Shown here piece by piece: positions 28,532 to 40,900 of a DNA stretch of 64,000 nt. Each line of letters opens with the position of its first letter. Position 1 is the first letter of the stretch. Origin of the DNA: an uncultured Saprospiraceae bacterium. Its GTDB lineage: Bacteria > Bacteroidota > Bacteroidia > Chitinophagales > Saprospiraceae. The notes beneath the pieces are model-generated. The model had not been told where the DNA came from, did not search any database, and saw only the letters and a program-made list of their open reading frames with translations. The translations under genes and the position numbers were made by a program. The stretch is taken from NCBI GenBank assembly GCA_937928045.1, contig CALFWO010000005.1, forward strand, positions 162,726 to 226,725, given 5' to 3'.

Positions 28532-29533
28532 ATGAATCGTTACTTGTTGCTTATGCTTTTGTCTTTTTTAGGGAATCTGTTATTTGGGCAGAAAAATATT
28601 GATTCCTTAACTTATGAAAAGGCAATTGATGAATTCAATTTTGATAATACGCTGGTTTTGATTGGTGAAGCTCATGAAGTTGAGGGTACCTATGGTTTAG
28701 AAACCTTTATTCTATCAGATTTATTATCAAAAGGGTACGAGCATATTATTTATGAGGGTGGGGTTTCGGAAGCGATATTGTTAAACGAATATTTGGAAAC
28801 TGGAAACGAAGCAGTCCTGGATTATACTAGAGCCAGAGGTAAACATTATAGAAATTATATGAAATCGCTTTTCAACTTGAAATTGAAATTCCCAAGCTTT
28901 ACAATTACCGGAGTAGATTTCGAACGAGCGGTTTGTTTAGAAAAAGTATTTTCTAATTGGTTTGTAAATTATAATGATAACAATGAAATGCTTCTTGATT
29001 TGATTCAAATCACTGGCAAAACAAAACCCAAAAAAGTAAAAGAAATAATTCTTAGGGTTCGTGCTAGTTGGAATGAAAATGTGGAAATTTATAGAGAAGT
29101 GTTAGGATCAAATTTGAAACTATTTCGGGCCATTATTTTTAATCCAGTTTTTCAGGCAGACTTTGGAATGTCTTCAAAGAAAAGAGATGAAGCAATTCAT
29201 AACCATTTGAAAGCATTCGACCAACTATATTTATCTAAGTCGGTTGTAATATTTGGGAGTAACCATTTTACGAATCCTGACTATTTTTGGAGCGCTTATG
29301 CGCCAAGCTTAAAAGATAAATTGAATTGTGTTTTGATACTATTGGCTTATCAGAATTGTAATAATCTAATGAAAAATGGGAAAAAGTATTCTTCGGTAGA
29401 ACCACTCTCTAATTTCTTTTTGAGTAATTATAAAGTCGAAACTGCTATAAGATTTGAGGTAGTGAAAGATTCAGAGATTTCTCCGTTGGATACCAATAAC
29501 AAATTTATTATTGCCAAACTTATAAATCAATAA
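28532..29533 (+). CDS. hypothetical secreted protein (possible TraB/GumN/ChaN-like fold)
   Basis: Signal peptide. LIGEAHEVEG and FGSNHF motifs are reminiscent of GxxH…H Tiki/TraB-family patterns. Speculative. Confidence 0.35.
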   Translation: MNRYLLLMLLSFLGNLLFGQKNIDSLTYEKAIDEFNFDNTLVLIGEAHEVEGTYGLETFILSDLLSKGYEHIIYEGGVSEAILLNEYLETGNEAVLDYTRARGKHYRNYMKSLFNLKLKFPSFTITGVDFERAVCLEKVFSNWFVNYNDNNEMLLDLIQITGKTKPKKVKEIILRVRASWNENVEIYREVLGSNLKLFRAIIFNPVFQADFGMSSKKRDEAIHNHLKAFDQLYLSKSVVIFGSNHFTNPDYFWSAYAPSLKDKLNCVLILLAYQNCNNLMKNGKKYSSVEPLSNFFLSNYKVETAIRFEVVKDSEISPLDTNNKFIIAKLINQ

Positions 29534-29555
29534 TTATAAATCTTGTCGATTGTAA

Positions 29556-31316
29556 TTATTTGCGCTTGGGAATATCAAATTCAAAGGATACACCTCCTAA
29601 GGAACTGTCAACCACGCTTATTTTCCCTCCATATGTATTGACGATTTTTTTACTTAATGCCAATCCCATTCCTGTGCCGGTGTAATCTACTTTGTCTAAT
29701 CGCTTGAAAAGCTCAAAGACCTTACTTCTGAATGCTGGTGCTATTCCAATTCCGTTGTCACTGATTAGAAAGTTGAATGCTTTCTTTGTTTCAATTATTT
29801 CAATCTTGATTTGAGAAGGCTCCTCCTTTTTACAAAACTTGATGGAGTTCCGAATCATGTGATCTAAAATAAGATAAATGTGTTTTGGATGTATCTTAAC
29901 TTTTGGAAGGTCTTTGAAAATTATATTAGGCCAGGCTGAAGTTTTATTTTCCCTTTCAAAATTTGTTTTGATGGTATTAATTATTCCTTCAATATCAACT
30001 GGATAGAGCTTTCCAGAAATTTTTTCTACCGAGGTATACCTTAGTAACTCGTCTAGCATCTTATGCATTTGTTTAGCGCTGTCGACTACTAAGTTTAGAT
30101 GTTCTTGATTTTTTGCGTCTATCTTTTCTTTGAAGTTGTTTAGAAACAATCCACCAAAATTTGAAATATTTGATAATGGAGTTTTCAAGTCATGCGCAAC
30201 GATATAAGCGAATTGTTCAATTTCTTGCTTCTGCAATTGCATTTCGCGATTTTTCTCTTGTAGCGTAAGTATTTCTTTTTCTTTACTTTCTAAGACTTTG
30301 GTTATATTAATTGCTTTTGTTTTTTGGTCGTATTCTTTTCTATTCTTAATTAATAATTTGCTATACTTTAATCCATTTCTGAAATCACCCAGCAATTCAC
30401 AAACATTTATCATTTTGTCATACCATCTGTTAAGCTCGGTATGCAAAGAAAAGTCCGAGCAAAGTTTAGTCTCTTGATCGAATATTTCTGTAAATTTTGA
30501 ATACTGTTTTTTCTCAATGTAGTATTCACTTTTTACTAAGGCAGCAGCAGTTCTAATTTGATTTAAGTTAAATCTATCTGAAATAGGAAATACTTGGTCA
30601 AGCAATGGAATGACTTTCTCCATTTGTCCTAACGTCAAATGACATTTTGCTAAAGCTGTGAGCATATGCCCTAAAATGAAACTATAACTAAACTCACCCT
30701 CTAATGCAATTCCTTTCTTGGCTGTATTAATTCCTAATTGATAGATACCAATTGCTTCGTTTACTTTTCCCATTTGAACAAACATCTCAGCTTTGTTCTC
30801 ATAGATAAAACTTAAAACATTATAGTTATTAGTCTCGGTATTAATTTTTTCTCCTATTGCCAAGTACTTTGCGGCTAGGTCAAATTGTTTGGTACAAATA
30901 AAGGCATATGCAATACTTGGATAAAGTCTTGTATTTGTTTCTGGAATGTCTAAGCTTAGGCATTTGTAAAAGTATTCTATGCCGATTGCATAGTCCTTGA
31001 TGCCATCAATATATATAGAACCAAACTCTCGGTAAATCTCTGCCAGTAAAGATTTATCTTCTATAGCATGAGTGTTTAGAAGTCGGTAGGCATGATTTAG
31101 CCTTTCTATGCAACCGAATACGTTGCCCTGTTTTCTAAGTTGGTTAGACAATTCTGTATTAATAGATATGGCCAACTTATAGTCACCTTTCTCCTCCGCT
31201 AGTTTGATGGCTTCGAATGCCAGTTCTAATCCTTTTTCAGGAGAAGATTTAGCCGTTTCTAAAGCTCTGGCGTACAGCTCCTTAGGGCAGACTTCAATAG
31301 TGTAGGATACATTCAT
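29556..31316 (-). CDS. cytoplasmic TPR-repeat sensor histidine kinase (HisKA + HATPase_c), no transmembrane segment, no adjacent response regulator
   Basis: N-terminal ~330 aa of TPR-like repeats. Coiled coil. H-box FAYIVAHDLKTPLSNI. C-terminal ATPase (N, G1 DNGIGI, G2 GTGMGLAL boxes). Confidence 0.85.
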   Translation of the reverse strand: MNVSYTIEVCPKELYARALETAKSSPEKGLELAFEAIKLAEEKGDYKLAISINTELSNQLRKQGNVFGCIERLNHAYRLLNTHAIEDKSLLAEIYREFGSIYIDGIKDYAIGIEYFYKCLSLDIPETNTRLYPSIAYAFICTKQFDLAAKYLAIGEKINTETNNYNVLSFIYENKAEMFVQMGKVNEAIGIYQLGINTAKKGIALEGEFSYSFILGHMLTALAKCHLTLGQMEKVIPLLDQVFPISDRFNLNQIRTAAALVKSEYYIEKKQYSKFTEIFDQETKLCSDFSLHTELNRWYDKMINVCELLGDFRNGLKYSKLLIKNRKEYDQKTKAINITKVLESKEKEILTLQEKNREMQLQKQEIEQFAYIVAHDLKTPLSNISNFGGLFLNNFKEKIDAKNQEHLNLVVDSAKQMHKMLDELLRYTSVEKISGKLYPVDIEGIINTIKTNFERENKTSAWPNIIFKDLPKVKIHPKHIYLILDHMIRNSIKFCKKEEPSQIKIEIIETKKAFNFLISDNGIGIAPAFRSKVFELFKRLDKVDYTGTGMGLALSKKIVNTYGGKISVVDSSLGGVSFEFDIPKRK

Positions 31317-31451
31317 TTGAACAAAAGAGTTTTTCAGTTAAAGTGGACTGAACACCTTGTGAATTCAAAAATTATACCATAAATAGGGTATAAAAGCGGT
31401 TTCGTACTAAAAATAAAAAAAAGAGGCTAGAGCAGTTGCCCTAGCCTTTTA

Positions 31452-32549
31452 TTATTTGGAATTTGAAAATACCAATTTCAATTGTTCGAGTAACTGACCA
31501 CCTCCAGAAAGAGATAGCGTGCCAATGTTTTCAGCAATTTTCTCTACATATTCCATCTCTTTAAGCTTATAAAGCATCTCATTATTCTCCATGAGCTTTG
31601 CAGTATTCATCAAACTTCTAGTGGAAGCAGTTTCTTCTCTGCGCATGATCACATTAGCTTGAGCCTTTTTTTCTGCAATCAATACTTGATTCAAAATCTC
31701 CTTCATGTCTCCTGGAAGAATAATGTCCTTTATTCCCGCAGCAAAAAGTGAAATACCCATTTCTGACGATGCAATTTTAACAAAGTCCATTACGTAATTT
31801 CCAGCTTTAGACTTGTTTGCCAATAGTTCATCTAAGGTAAGTTGCCCAACGTATTCGCGAAGACCTAATTGGATCAATGAATACAATTGTTTGGTCACCT
31901 CTTTAGTATCAATTAGGGCTTTTTCAATATTGACCAATTGATATTGCGCTTGAAAGTTAATTCTAATATTTGCTTTATCCTTGGTCAATAATTCTTGGCC
32001 AGAAATGTCAATGACTTGCTTTCTCAAATCTCCCTTTAAAACCTTCACGGCTTTTGAACCCTTCCAATAATGGTAGATACCGGCTTCTATTGTTTTAACA
32101 AATTTTCCATCAATGAACAAAAGTCCTTTTTCATAAGACTCCACAGTTTCAACTGAGCAGTGTTGTTTCATCGAATAGGACTGAAGTAATTTTCTGCTTA
32201 CAGCTGCAGGAATTTCAACTTCATCCATATTGTAAATGAATGTCTTGATATCCAAAACATCTTTCCAGTAAACGTAAATTCCAGCAGTCAATATTTTACT
32301 GAAAATCCCACGAGTGAATTGTAGAGCAATTTGATTGTCCTTTACTTCAACAACATCCACCAGAGTTTGTAACTTAGGATGCTGAAGCAATAGTTCAATA
32401 GCAGGATCTTCTAAGGGTAAAGTCATAAATTTAATCACAACTTTGTATCCCCAGCCAATCCAGTAGCGACCTTCTGTATAAACATCGTACAATGCACCAC
32501 GCTTATATACCAATGCCACTTGATAGGCATTTACATGTAATCTTTTCAT
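31452..32549 (-). CDS. SPFH/band-7 (slipin-like) domain protein with duplicated N-terminal module
   Basis: C-terminal half shows the band-7 signature (…GIKDIILPGDMKEILNQVLIAEKKAQANVIMRREETA…). N-terminal half has two related modules (TAGIYVYWKD… / EAGIYHYWKG…). No obvious membrane anchor. Confidence 0.7.
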   Translation of the reverse strand: MKRLHVNAYQVALVYKRGALYDVYTEGRYWIGWGYKVVIKFMTLPLEDPAIELLLQHPKLQTLVDVVEVKDNQIALQFTRGIFSKILTAGIYVYWKDVLDIKTFIYNMDEVEIPAAVSRKLLQSYSMKQHCSVETVESYEKGLLFIDGKFVKTIEAGIYHYWKGSKAVKVLKGDLRKQVIDISGQELLTKDKANIRINFQAQYQLVNIEKALIDTKEVTKQLYSLIQLGLREYVGQLTLDELLANKSKAGNYVMDFVKIASSEMGISLFAAGIKDIILPGDMKEILNQVLIAEKKAQANVIMRREETASTRSLMNTAKLMENNEMLYKLKEMEYVEKIAENIGTLSLSGGGQLLEQLKLVFSNSK

Positions 32550-32894
32550 GATTCGTATGTGATTTATAGGTTTAAAAAAAAACTTGTTTCACTTTTTGCC
32601 TGGATATTATTTCCCTTTTAGGGCAATATTTTGTCAGGCATTTAAAAAAAAATTATCGAGCCAAAATTCAAATTCTGACACCTGTGGAATTTCTTTTAAG
32701 TCAGTTGATTTGAATTTTCAAATTGAATTTGAGCCTCAGGAACCTATTCAATAAAAATTTTCAAAAACAACATGGCGGTATCCAAAAAATTCAGACAATT
32801 GTTGAATTTCAAAAATTGCAAGCAATTTCATTTTAGAAAATTGGCTCGACAAACTGAGATCATTTTTGTGAGTGATCTGCTCGTTAAATGGAGT

Positions 32895-33035
32895 GGAAGT
32901 CCATTGCTCTACCAACTGAGCTACATCGTCTCTACGATGACGGGAATCGAACCCGCGCTTTCGAATTCCTACGTTCTAACCGGACTGAACTAAATGCTCT
33001 TTGAGCATTGGAGGAGTCGAACCTCCGACCTTAGG
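32895..33035 (-). other. block of scrambled tRNA-like modules (tRNA-Gly(TCC)-like 5' portion, Asp-like D-arm, two canonical T-arms) that do not assemble into canonical tRNAs
   Basis: Minus strand reads GGAGG-TTCGACT-CCTCC | AATGCTC-aaa-GAGCATT | TA-GTTC-AGTCCGGTTA-GAAC | …| GCGGG-TTCGATT-CCCGT | CATCGT-agag-ACGATG | TA-GCTC-AGTTGGTA-GAGC-A-ATGGA-CTTCCAC-TCCAT… Each 3'-acceptor-like strand is immediately hairpinned onto the following 5'-acceptor strand. The Gly-like unit lacks a downstream T-arm and the Asp-like unit lacks an anticodon arm. Confidence 0.4.
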
Positions 33036-33405
33036 ATTATATTGAACATTTTGAGTGTTCTGGCAGTCTCACCTCGTTTTCCATCAGAATATGTTGACTT
33101 ATTAGCCACACACTTCAGTGCTATACAGAAACACTAGACGCGGATGGAGGAACAAAAGCGTAAACTTTCTTTATGTATTTTAATAGCGCTGAAATTTTTT
33201 GAAAGAGCGCTTCGAAAGGGTTCGGGACGACTTGTTGAAGTTAATTTATTTGTTTTTGAACCTGGTCTTCACAATAAAAATTCATTTTACTATGAAACTA
33301 GCGTCACACCGTTGGAAAAACTTGTTTTCTCCAACACAAATTTCAATAAACTTCAACGGTAGGTGCATAGCACCACCTTTCAACAAATTTCAACTGACAT
33401 TTTAA

Positions 33406-33951
33406 TCAGTAGGATTTCAAAAGCAGCTTAGTGGGCTCCCCCTTTTTCGGAAGAGCCCCTTTCTTCGCTTTCTTGCACTTCTGCTTCAATCGTTTCACCT
33501 CGCCATTGAAATAATCGTAATCAAATTGGCCTGCAGAAAGTAAACGTCCTCTTTTGTTTTCTTTGATGGCTTCTTTGATTTTTCCCTTGGCTTCCAGCAC
33601 TGTTGCTTTTCGCTTGATCATAACCAATTTCGGCATTCCAAGTTTGGTCATTCCTTTATCGATTAGTGAATTTGCTTTGTCCAGTTCTCCCATCCATATT
33701 AACAATAAACTATAGAATTTATAGGTGTCAACATAGTTAGGATCTTCAACTAAAGCTTGTTCAAAGCAGTGCTTGGCTTCTGAGAATCTTTTCAATTTTT
33801 CCATGAGTAAACGACCCATCAGGCAATTAGATGCTGGATGCATTTCATCGTAACTCAAAGCATAATTCAAAGACTCTACAGTTTGTTCTACATCATAGGC
33901 ATAGTTATCCGATGCTTTCAAGAAGTACTGATCTGCTAAAGTTAAACTCAT
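33406..33951 (-). CDS. tetratricopeptide-repeat protein
   Basis: 181 aa with TPR-like helices (…AKHCFEQALVEDPNYVDTYKFYSLLLIWMGELDKANSLIDKG…). Basic C-terminal tail. Confidence 0.5.
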   Translation of the reverse strand: MSLTLADQYFLKASDNYAYDVEQTVESLNYALSYDEMHPASNCLMGRLLMEKLKRFSEAKHCFEQALVEDPNYVDTYKFYSLLLIWMGELDKANSLIDKGMTKLGMPKLVMIKRKATVLEAKGKIKEAIKENKRGRLLSAGQFDYDYFNGEVKRLKQKCKKAKKGALPKKGEPTKLLLKSY

Positions 33952-34920
33952 GATTAGTGAATTAAATGGTTTTAAAAAATGGTTTTATTAAGACATGCAA
34001 CTCCCGCTTAATGAAAGTCAATTCATTTAATGAGCACAGACAAATCAATTCTTGTCAGTTCAAGACATAGTTTGACTGTTCAACATGGAGCATCATGTTG
34101 GTTTATATTTATGAAATAAATTTTAAGAAAAGCTGAGTTAGAAGCTAGTTATACTCAGCGAAAGGAAGTTGTATTTTCGCTTCGTACTTCTAAAGTTTCA
34201 AATTCCGCATTTCTCAATTTTACAATTTATCCACATGGGCAATTGATTAATTTAAAAATTTGTAATAATGTATTCCTGCAGTATTCAGCGACAATACATT
34301 GATTAATTCGTGCAAAAGCACTATAAATAAAGACAACTGAGAGAAAAAGTGTAGATTCTTGTAGTTGTCTTTGACAACCACAAGTAAAAAGAGTGGTTAT
34401 CTGAAATGAAAGACGGTTCTAGGATTTCCTAGTTCCACTTGGAAACATCTTTGGTCTTGATTCGACCATAATGCTGTGTTATATGTATATATATTAATCA
34501 TTTCAATGACAAAGTTATGACAGTTTATTGGATATGCAAATAGATCGAGGAAATTTTATTATTTATTTTCTGATTAGGAATTGATTTCTTCTTTTAATGC
34601 GCTAATGTATTTTTTGAAATAAACTATTAGGATTCGATTTAATTCGAATACGGAATTCATTTTTTGAATGATGTATTGAAAGCTTTTTGAATTTCATTTC
34701 AATTGAGGGTGCCATCATCTTTAAAATCATCAAAAGCTGTTGATATTATTTAATTCTTTAATGTAATTTCAATCCCACTTTAAATAGGAGGTTTAGCATA
34801 TTATGAAATCAATAAATAAGTGATTAATGTTAAGTTAATTGCCTAGTTCTGGCATTAATATTGAAGTGTTCCGGATGTATGTATATCATACTTTTCGCCT
34901 TTCTCCCATAAAATGTTCTG

Positions 34921-37900
34921 ATGGACTCAAACAAATTCTTTGAAGGATGTAAAGTCTTTATGACTTTGTTGATATTCCTATGTCTTAGCATCATCAAAGT
35001 TGAGTGTCAATCAATCGAAAACGGTTGTAATGCAGCAAGTTTTGGTGTTGATGCTGATCAATATGCGAATAGTAATTCATTTGGTCAAAATGCTAACGAT
35101 AATAATTATTCGGATGATTGGTTTTTTAATCCAGCAGTGAGTAATGGTTTGGGTATTGGAGTTATTGACGTATCAAATGCCGAGAATCTTCAGCAATCTT
35201 TGCAATCAGGTGATAATCTTTCATTAATCTACGACATGTCGATTCCATTCAATACTGTACATCAAGGCGTACGGCTATTGGATGCTATATATGGACGAGA
35301 CTTTTACGGAGGTACACAGAATACAGACTACACCTCTTATATTCAAGCCAGTAAAAATGGGGAGGATCCAGCCATTTGGGATACGGGACCTGCTAATGTC
35401 ACTCCCAAGAATGATCTTATTGATTGCTTTGCTCACTTAAGACGGGATGGAATCAATGGTGATGATGACCTATGGTTATTTGGAGGATTTTCTAGAATCT
35501 CAAATATTGGAAGTAGTTATTTGGATATGGAACTGTATTCGAAAGATATACAATATACTCCCTCCTCTGGTTTTACTTCTGCTGGAAATGATGAAGGTCA
35601 TACTGCTTGGACATTTGATTCAAACGGAAATTTGACTAGAACAGGAGATATTGTTGTTTCCTATAATTTTTCTACAAACGGGGCACCAGAAATTGAATTA
35701 AGAATTTGGGTGGCACAATCGGATTTTCAGAATACTTCACCGACTACTTTTAGTTTTGGTTCAGAATTCGACGGAGGTACGAATAACTCTAATTTTGGTT
35801 ATGCAGATATCCTTCCTCCAAATAACGGAATTTATTCTTGTGGTTTAGGAAATCCTTCAACCACATTTGCCCCGCCTTGGGGGACATTAAACTCTAACGG
35901 AAACTATAGCTACAACTATGAGGGAGGTCAATTTGCAGAATTCGGATTGAATTTAAATGCCTTTGGAATTGATCCATCAGTAGTTCTGTCTTCCGGTGCT
36001 GGTATTTCTTGTGATATTCCTTTTAGCGCAGTTCTTTTTAAAGCTAGGGCTTCGCAATCATTCACCGCTCAGTTAAAAGATTTTGCTGGGCCATATCCTT
36101 TTGAAATCCCATTAACCATTCCTTCCGACATTGTAGGAGATACCATTGATTGCATTAATGCCGCAGTAACCCTTGGTCCAGAAATTGTGATTCCAGACGC
36201 ATCTTATATCTGGTCAACTAGCGATGGAAATATTATAGGGACAACTGATAGTGCATATATTTTAGTAGATCAGCCGGGTACCTATTCATTGGATGCATCA
36301 TCTGCTCCGGGATGTCTGGTAAACACTTCTTCTTTTTATGTTCCGGAATTATATAACTATCCTACAGCAGATATACAAGCAGATACTATTTTTGATTGTG
36401 GAGTCTCTGCTAGTCTAACTGCATGGCCGGCGGGGCATGTCTATGAATGGTCTGGCCCATTTAATTTTCAATCTGATCAGCAACAAATTAGTGTTCAAGA
36501 TGAAGGAATGTATATAGTTTCCGTAATGGATCCAATTTCACAATGTATGGCTCTGGATTCCATATATCTTCCCGGTGGACCTTGTCAAAATATAGATTTA
36601 TCAGAATTGCCTGGAGACGGAAATCAAGTGATTATAATTGATAATGAGCCACCGATGGTAAATTGGCCCGATGATATTACGCTTTCTTGTTTAGATGATT
36701 TTCTAAATCTTTCATTAACAGGAACGCTTGGTCAAATAACAGATAATTGTCCTGAAAATTTACCTGCTCCTTTTTATTTGGATTTGTCTTCAAACGGAAT
36801 TTGTTTAGGCGAAGTTGTTTATAATAGACTTTGGTATGTTACTGATTTCTGCGGAAACTTAGCTTCCCATTCGCAGGTAATAACCTTGGTAGATACTATT
36901 CCTCCTTTTTTCATTGCACCAAATGATGTGACAATTGATTGTTCGATAGATGTAAATGATCTAGGTGATCTTGGAGATGCTACAGGAGAGTATGATGATT
37001 GTGATTTTTCTATCGGAGAAGCATTTTATCAAGATAGTATTGCTAGTGGAGTTTCTTGTACAGGAAATGATGTAATATATAGAGTTTGGACATTAGTTGA
37101 CGGTTGTGGAAATGAAAATATACAAATTCAAACTATTAATTTTGCAGATAGTGAGGCCCCAACATTTACTGTTCCAAATAATATTACTATTTCTTGTTCT
37201 GATGACGCGAATGATTTAGGGTTGACTGGAACTATTGAGGACACTTTGGATAACTGCAGTAATACACTTTTGACTATTAATTATTGGGATCAGATTGTTG
37301 TAGATTCGAATTGTGTATCAAATTATCTGATCTATAGGAGTTGGTTGGTTACAGATGGTTGCGGGAATGATAGCCTAGCTATTCAAGAAATAACAATCGA
37401 AGATATAGCGGCTCCTACATTTACTGCGCCAGAAGATATTACAGTTGCTTGTGATGTCGCTGAAAGTGATTTAATAACTTTAGGAGATGTCATCAATGAA
37501 TATGATGATTGTACTGCTAGTATTGCCAATGCTACTTACACAGATGTTATCATTGCTAGTGGTCCATGTCCTTCAACAAAAACGATAGAACGTACTTGGT
37601 CTCTTTCGGATGATTGTGGAAATATTACTTCTATTATTCAATTGATTGAATTTGAAGATACCAGCAATCCAACGTTTACAGTACCTGAAGACGTTACCAT
37701 AGAGTGTCATGAAGATCCTGCTAATCTATTATTGACTGGGAATGTATTTGATGAAGCAGATAATTGTAGTGAAAATGGATTAGAAGCCACTTATATTGAC
37801 GACGTTACTTCCGGAATACCTTGCAATGGAAGTACTATTATTCAAAGGACCTGGACACTGGTTGATGATTGTGGAAATACCTCATCTGCAATTCAGCAAA

Positions 37901-40900
37901 TAACCTTGGAAGATAATACTCCGCCATCTTTTTCTATGGTGGCTGTAGATCCACAAGTTTCTTGTGATGTCGTAATTCCTACACCTCAGATTGGTGTTGA
38001 TCTTTTTATCACGGATGCTTGCGATACTAGCTTGAACATTTCCTTTTATGAAGAACAGACTAATATTACATGCCCCGATGTTTATGTTTTAAGAAGGGTA
38101 TGGATTGCTGAAGATAATTGCGGGAATATTGATTCATTGGTGCAAGAAATAATGGTTGAGGATTCGGGTGATCCAATTATTTTAGTCTTTCCTCCTGATT
38201 TGACAGTTTCTTGTGATTCAATAATTCCTCCAGGAGGAGCTGTTGTAGATGATAACTGTAGTTCGTCTATTACTGTAAACGTCAATGACTCTATAGTCGA
38301 TGGATCATGTGATTTTAATTATGCTATAATTAGAATTTGGTCATGGGAAGATGATTGTGGAAATGTTAATACAGCAGAACAAACAATTACAGTTGTTGAT
38401 GAAAATAGCCCTAATTTTATTCCACCTTCAGATACTTTGATTGGATGTGATGCTAACTTGTCAGATATAAATCAAACTGGATCTATTTTAAATCCCATAG
38501 ACAATTGTGATCCAACTGTTTTAAATACAACTTATCGCGATTCCGTTTTGAATGGATATCCATGCGAAGGTTCCCAAAGAATAATTAGGATATGGATGGT
38601 GTCGGACACCTGTGGAAATGAAAATGAACATGTACAGGTTATCGACATGATTGATACTGTTTCTCCTACTTGGACATTACCTTCAGATATAACAATTACC
38701 TGTGAAACCGACTTGGCAGATCTTTCAATAACAGGTAACGTAGTTTCTATTGATGACAATTGTGATACGAGTCTTGATTTGCCGACCTATACAGATTCTA
38801 TTGTTCAAGATACATCTTGTTTAAATAGTTCAATTATTTATAGAAACTGGTCTGTTTCAGACGCATGTGGAAACACGATTTCAGGAATTCAAACAATCGT
38901 AATCTCAGATACAATTGCTCCATCATTTACTGTTCCTTCAGACATTACACTAGATTGTTCTGAAAATGTTAATGATTTAAATTTAACAGGATTTGTCATT
39001 GATGAAAGTGATAATTGTCAATCTATAATCGGAGATCCAATCTATATGGACTCAGTTGTTGTTGATCAATCTTGCAGCGGGAATTCGGTAATATATAGAA
39101 ATTGGATTTTAGAGGATGCTTGTGGAAATTCCATTAGACAAGTTCAACTGATTGTAATTCAGGATACCATTGCTCCCACTTTCATAACTCCCAATGACGT
39201 TACATTAGACTGCTCTGAAGATATAACAGACTTGTCAATTACTGGAAGTGTTACTGCAGTTCTTGATAATTGTTCTCCATTTTCTATTGTTTCTTCTCAT
39301 AGAGATAGTCTTGTTGCAAATGCAGGATGCGAAGGTCAATTCACTGTTATTCGGATTTGGACAGTACAGGATATGTGCGGGAATAGTAGTGAAGCGTGGC
39401 AACATATTTATCTGGTTGACAATACTCCTCCATTTTTCGTAGTACCCCCGGATATTACCCTTGATTGTGATGCCGACGTGTCGAATGTAACGCTTACCGG
39501 TTTTCCAGATAGTTCCTTGGTGGATAATTGTTCTTCATTAAATTTGAATATAAGTTATGTTGATTTAATTCGAGATTTAGGAAAATGTGGAGCAACTAGA
39601 AATGTAGTTAGAACTTGGCTAGCAGTAGACGATTGTGGAAATCAATTCTCTGCCATTCAAAACATTTCTTTAATTGATACAATTGCTCCAGTATTTATTG
39701 CACCACCGACGATTGTTATTTCATGTACTGATGATCCTAGTGATTTAACAATAACTGGCGAGGTAGATACTATGCAGATTGCAGAAGCTTGTGGTATTAA
39801 CGATGTCACTATTTATTATGTGGATTCTATTAGTCTGCTGAATAATTGCAGCTCGAACTATGAACTTTTGAGAACATGGTATTTAATCGATGATTGTGAT
39901 AATCAATCATCTGCTGTTCAAGTCATTTCCATTGAAGACCAAATTGGCCCAACTTTTTCTGCACCTGATGATATTACAATTGATTGTGATTTGGATATTA
40001 ATGAATTGATTATTACCGGAGTTCCAGATTCTATTCAAGATGAATGTTCTATTAATTTTTCAACACCGACTTATAGAGATAGTATTGTTGACCAGGGTAG
40101 TTGTATCGTTGAAGTAATTTATAGGACTTGGGAAGTTGTAGATGAATGTGGAAATATTTCCAGAGAAATTCAAACCATAACACTTCAGGATACAATTCAA
40201 CCTGTGTTTTTCTCACCTGCTGACACAACGCTTCATTGTTCACAAGATCCATTAGATTTTTCAATTACTGGACTTCCTTTCATGCCGGATGATAATTGTG
40301 ATAATAATCTAGGACAGATTATGTTTAGCGATAGTTTAGTTGTAAGTGATTCCTGCGCAATACATCGTGCGCTATATAGAACATGGTCTCTTTCTGATCA
40401 ATGTAACAATCTTGCATCTTATTTACAGATCATTTATTTGTTGGATACCCTTGGGCCAAGTTTTACAGTGCCTCAAGATGTGACATTGAATTGTGAAGAA
40501 AATTTAGATAATTTGTCCATTACTGGAAATGTGGCCAATGAATTTTTTAACTGCGAAAATCAAGTTGGATTAACTACTTACCAAGATAGTTTAGTAGTCT
40601 CAAGTAATTGTAACGAAATAATTGTACATCGACTTTGGAACTTATCAAATAATTGCGGCTGGGATACTAGCCAAGTTCAATTAATAACTTTGATAGATAC
40701 ATTGGCTCCTACATTTATTAACCAACCCGCTGATTTGACTTTATCATGCGGTCAAGCACTTCCAGTATTCACTCCAAATGTCATAGATGCTTGTTCATCA
40801 AATCCTATCATATTATCAAGTTTGGACACTTTGGCAGGTGATTGTTTTAATGAAATAAATATTGTAAGAACATGGATGGCCACAGACAGTTGTGAAAATG

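Noticed and set aside
32772-32993. 73-aa plus-strand ORF (…PLLYQLSY…GIEPA…)
   Set aside because: Translation runs straight across tRNA-like D-arm and T-arm sequences. PLxYQLSY and GIEPA are classic artefacts of translating tRNA DNA.
33040-33080. Hairpin GAACA-CTCAAAA-TGTTC read as a tRNA-Leu(CAA) anticodon arm
   Set aside because: No matching acceptor, D-arm or long variable arm could be assembled around it. More likely a simple stem-loop.
33955-34920. Possible mobile element or CRISPR in the ~1-kb AT-rich gap before the giant adhesin gene
   Set aside because: No terminal inverted repeats, no transposase-like ORF, no regularly spaced direct repeats. Only a loose 9-bp inverted repeat. Interpreted as a long regulatory leader typical of adhesin genes.
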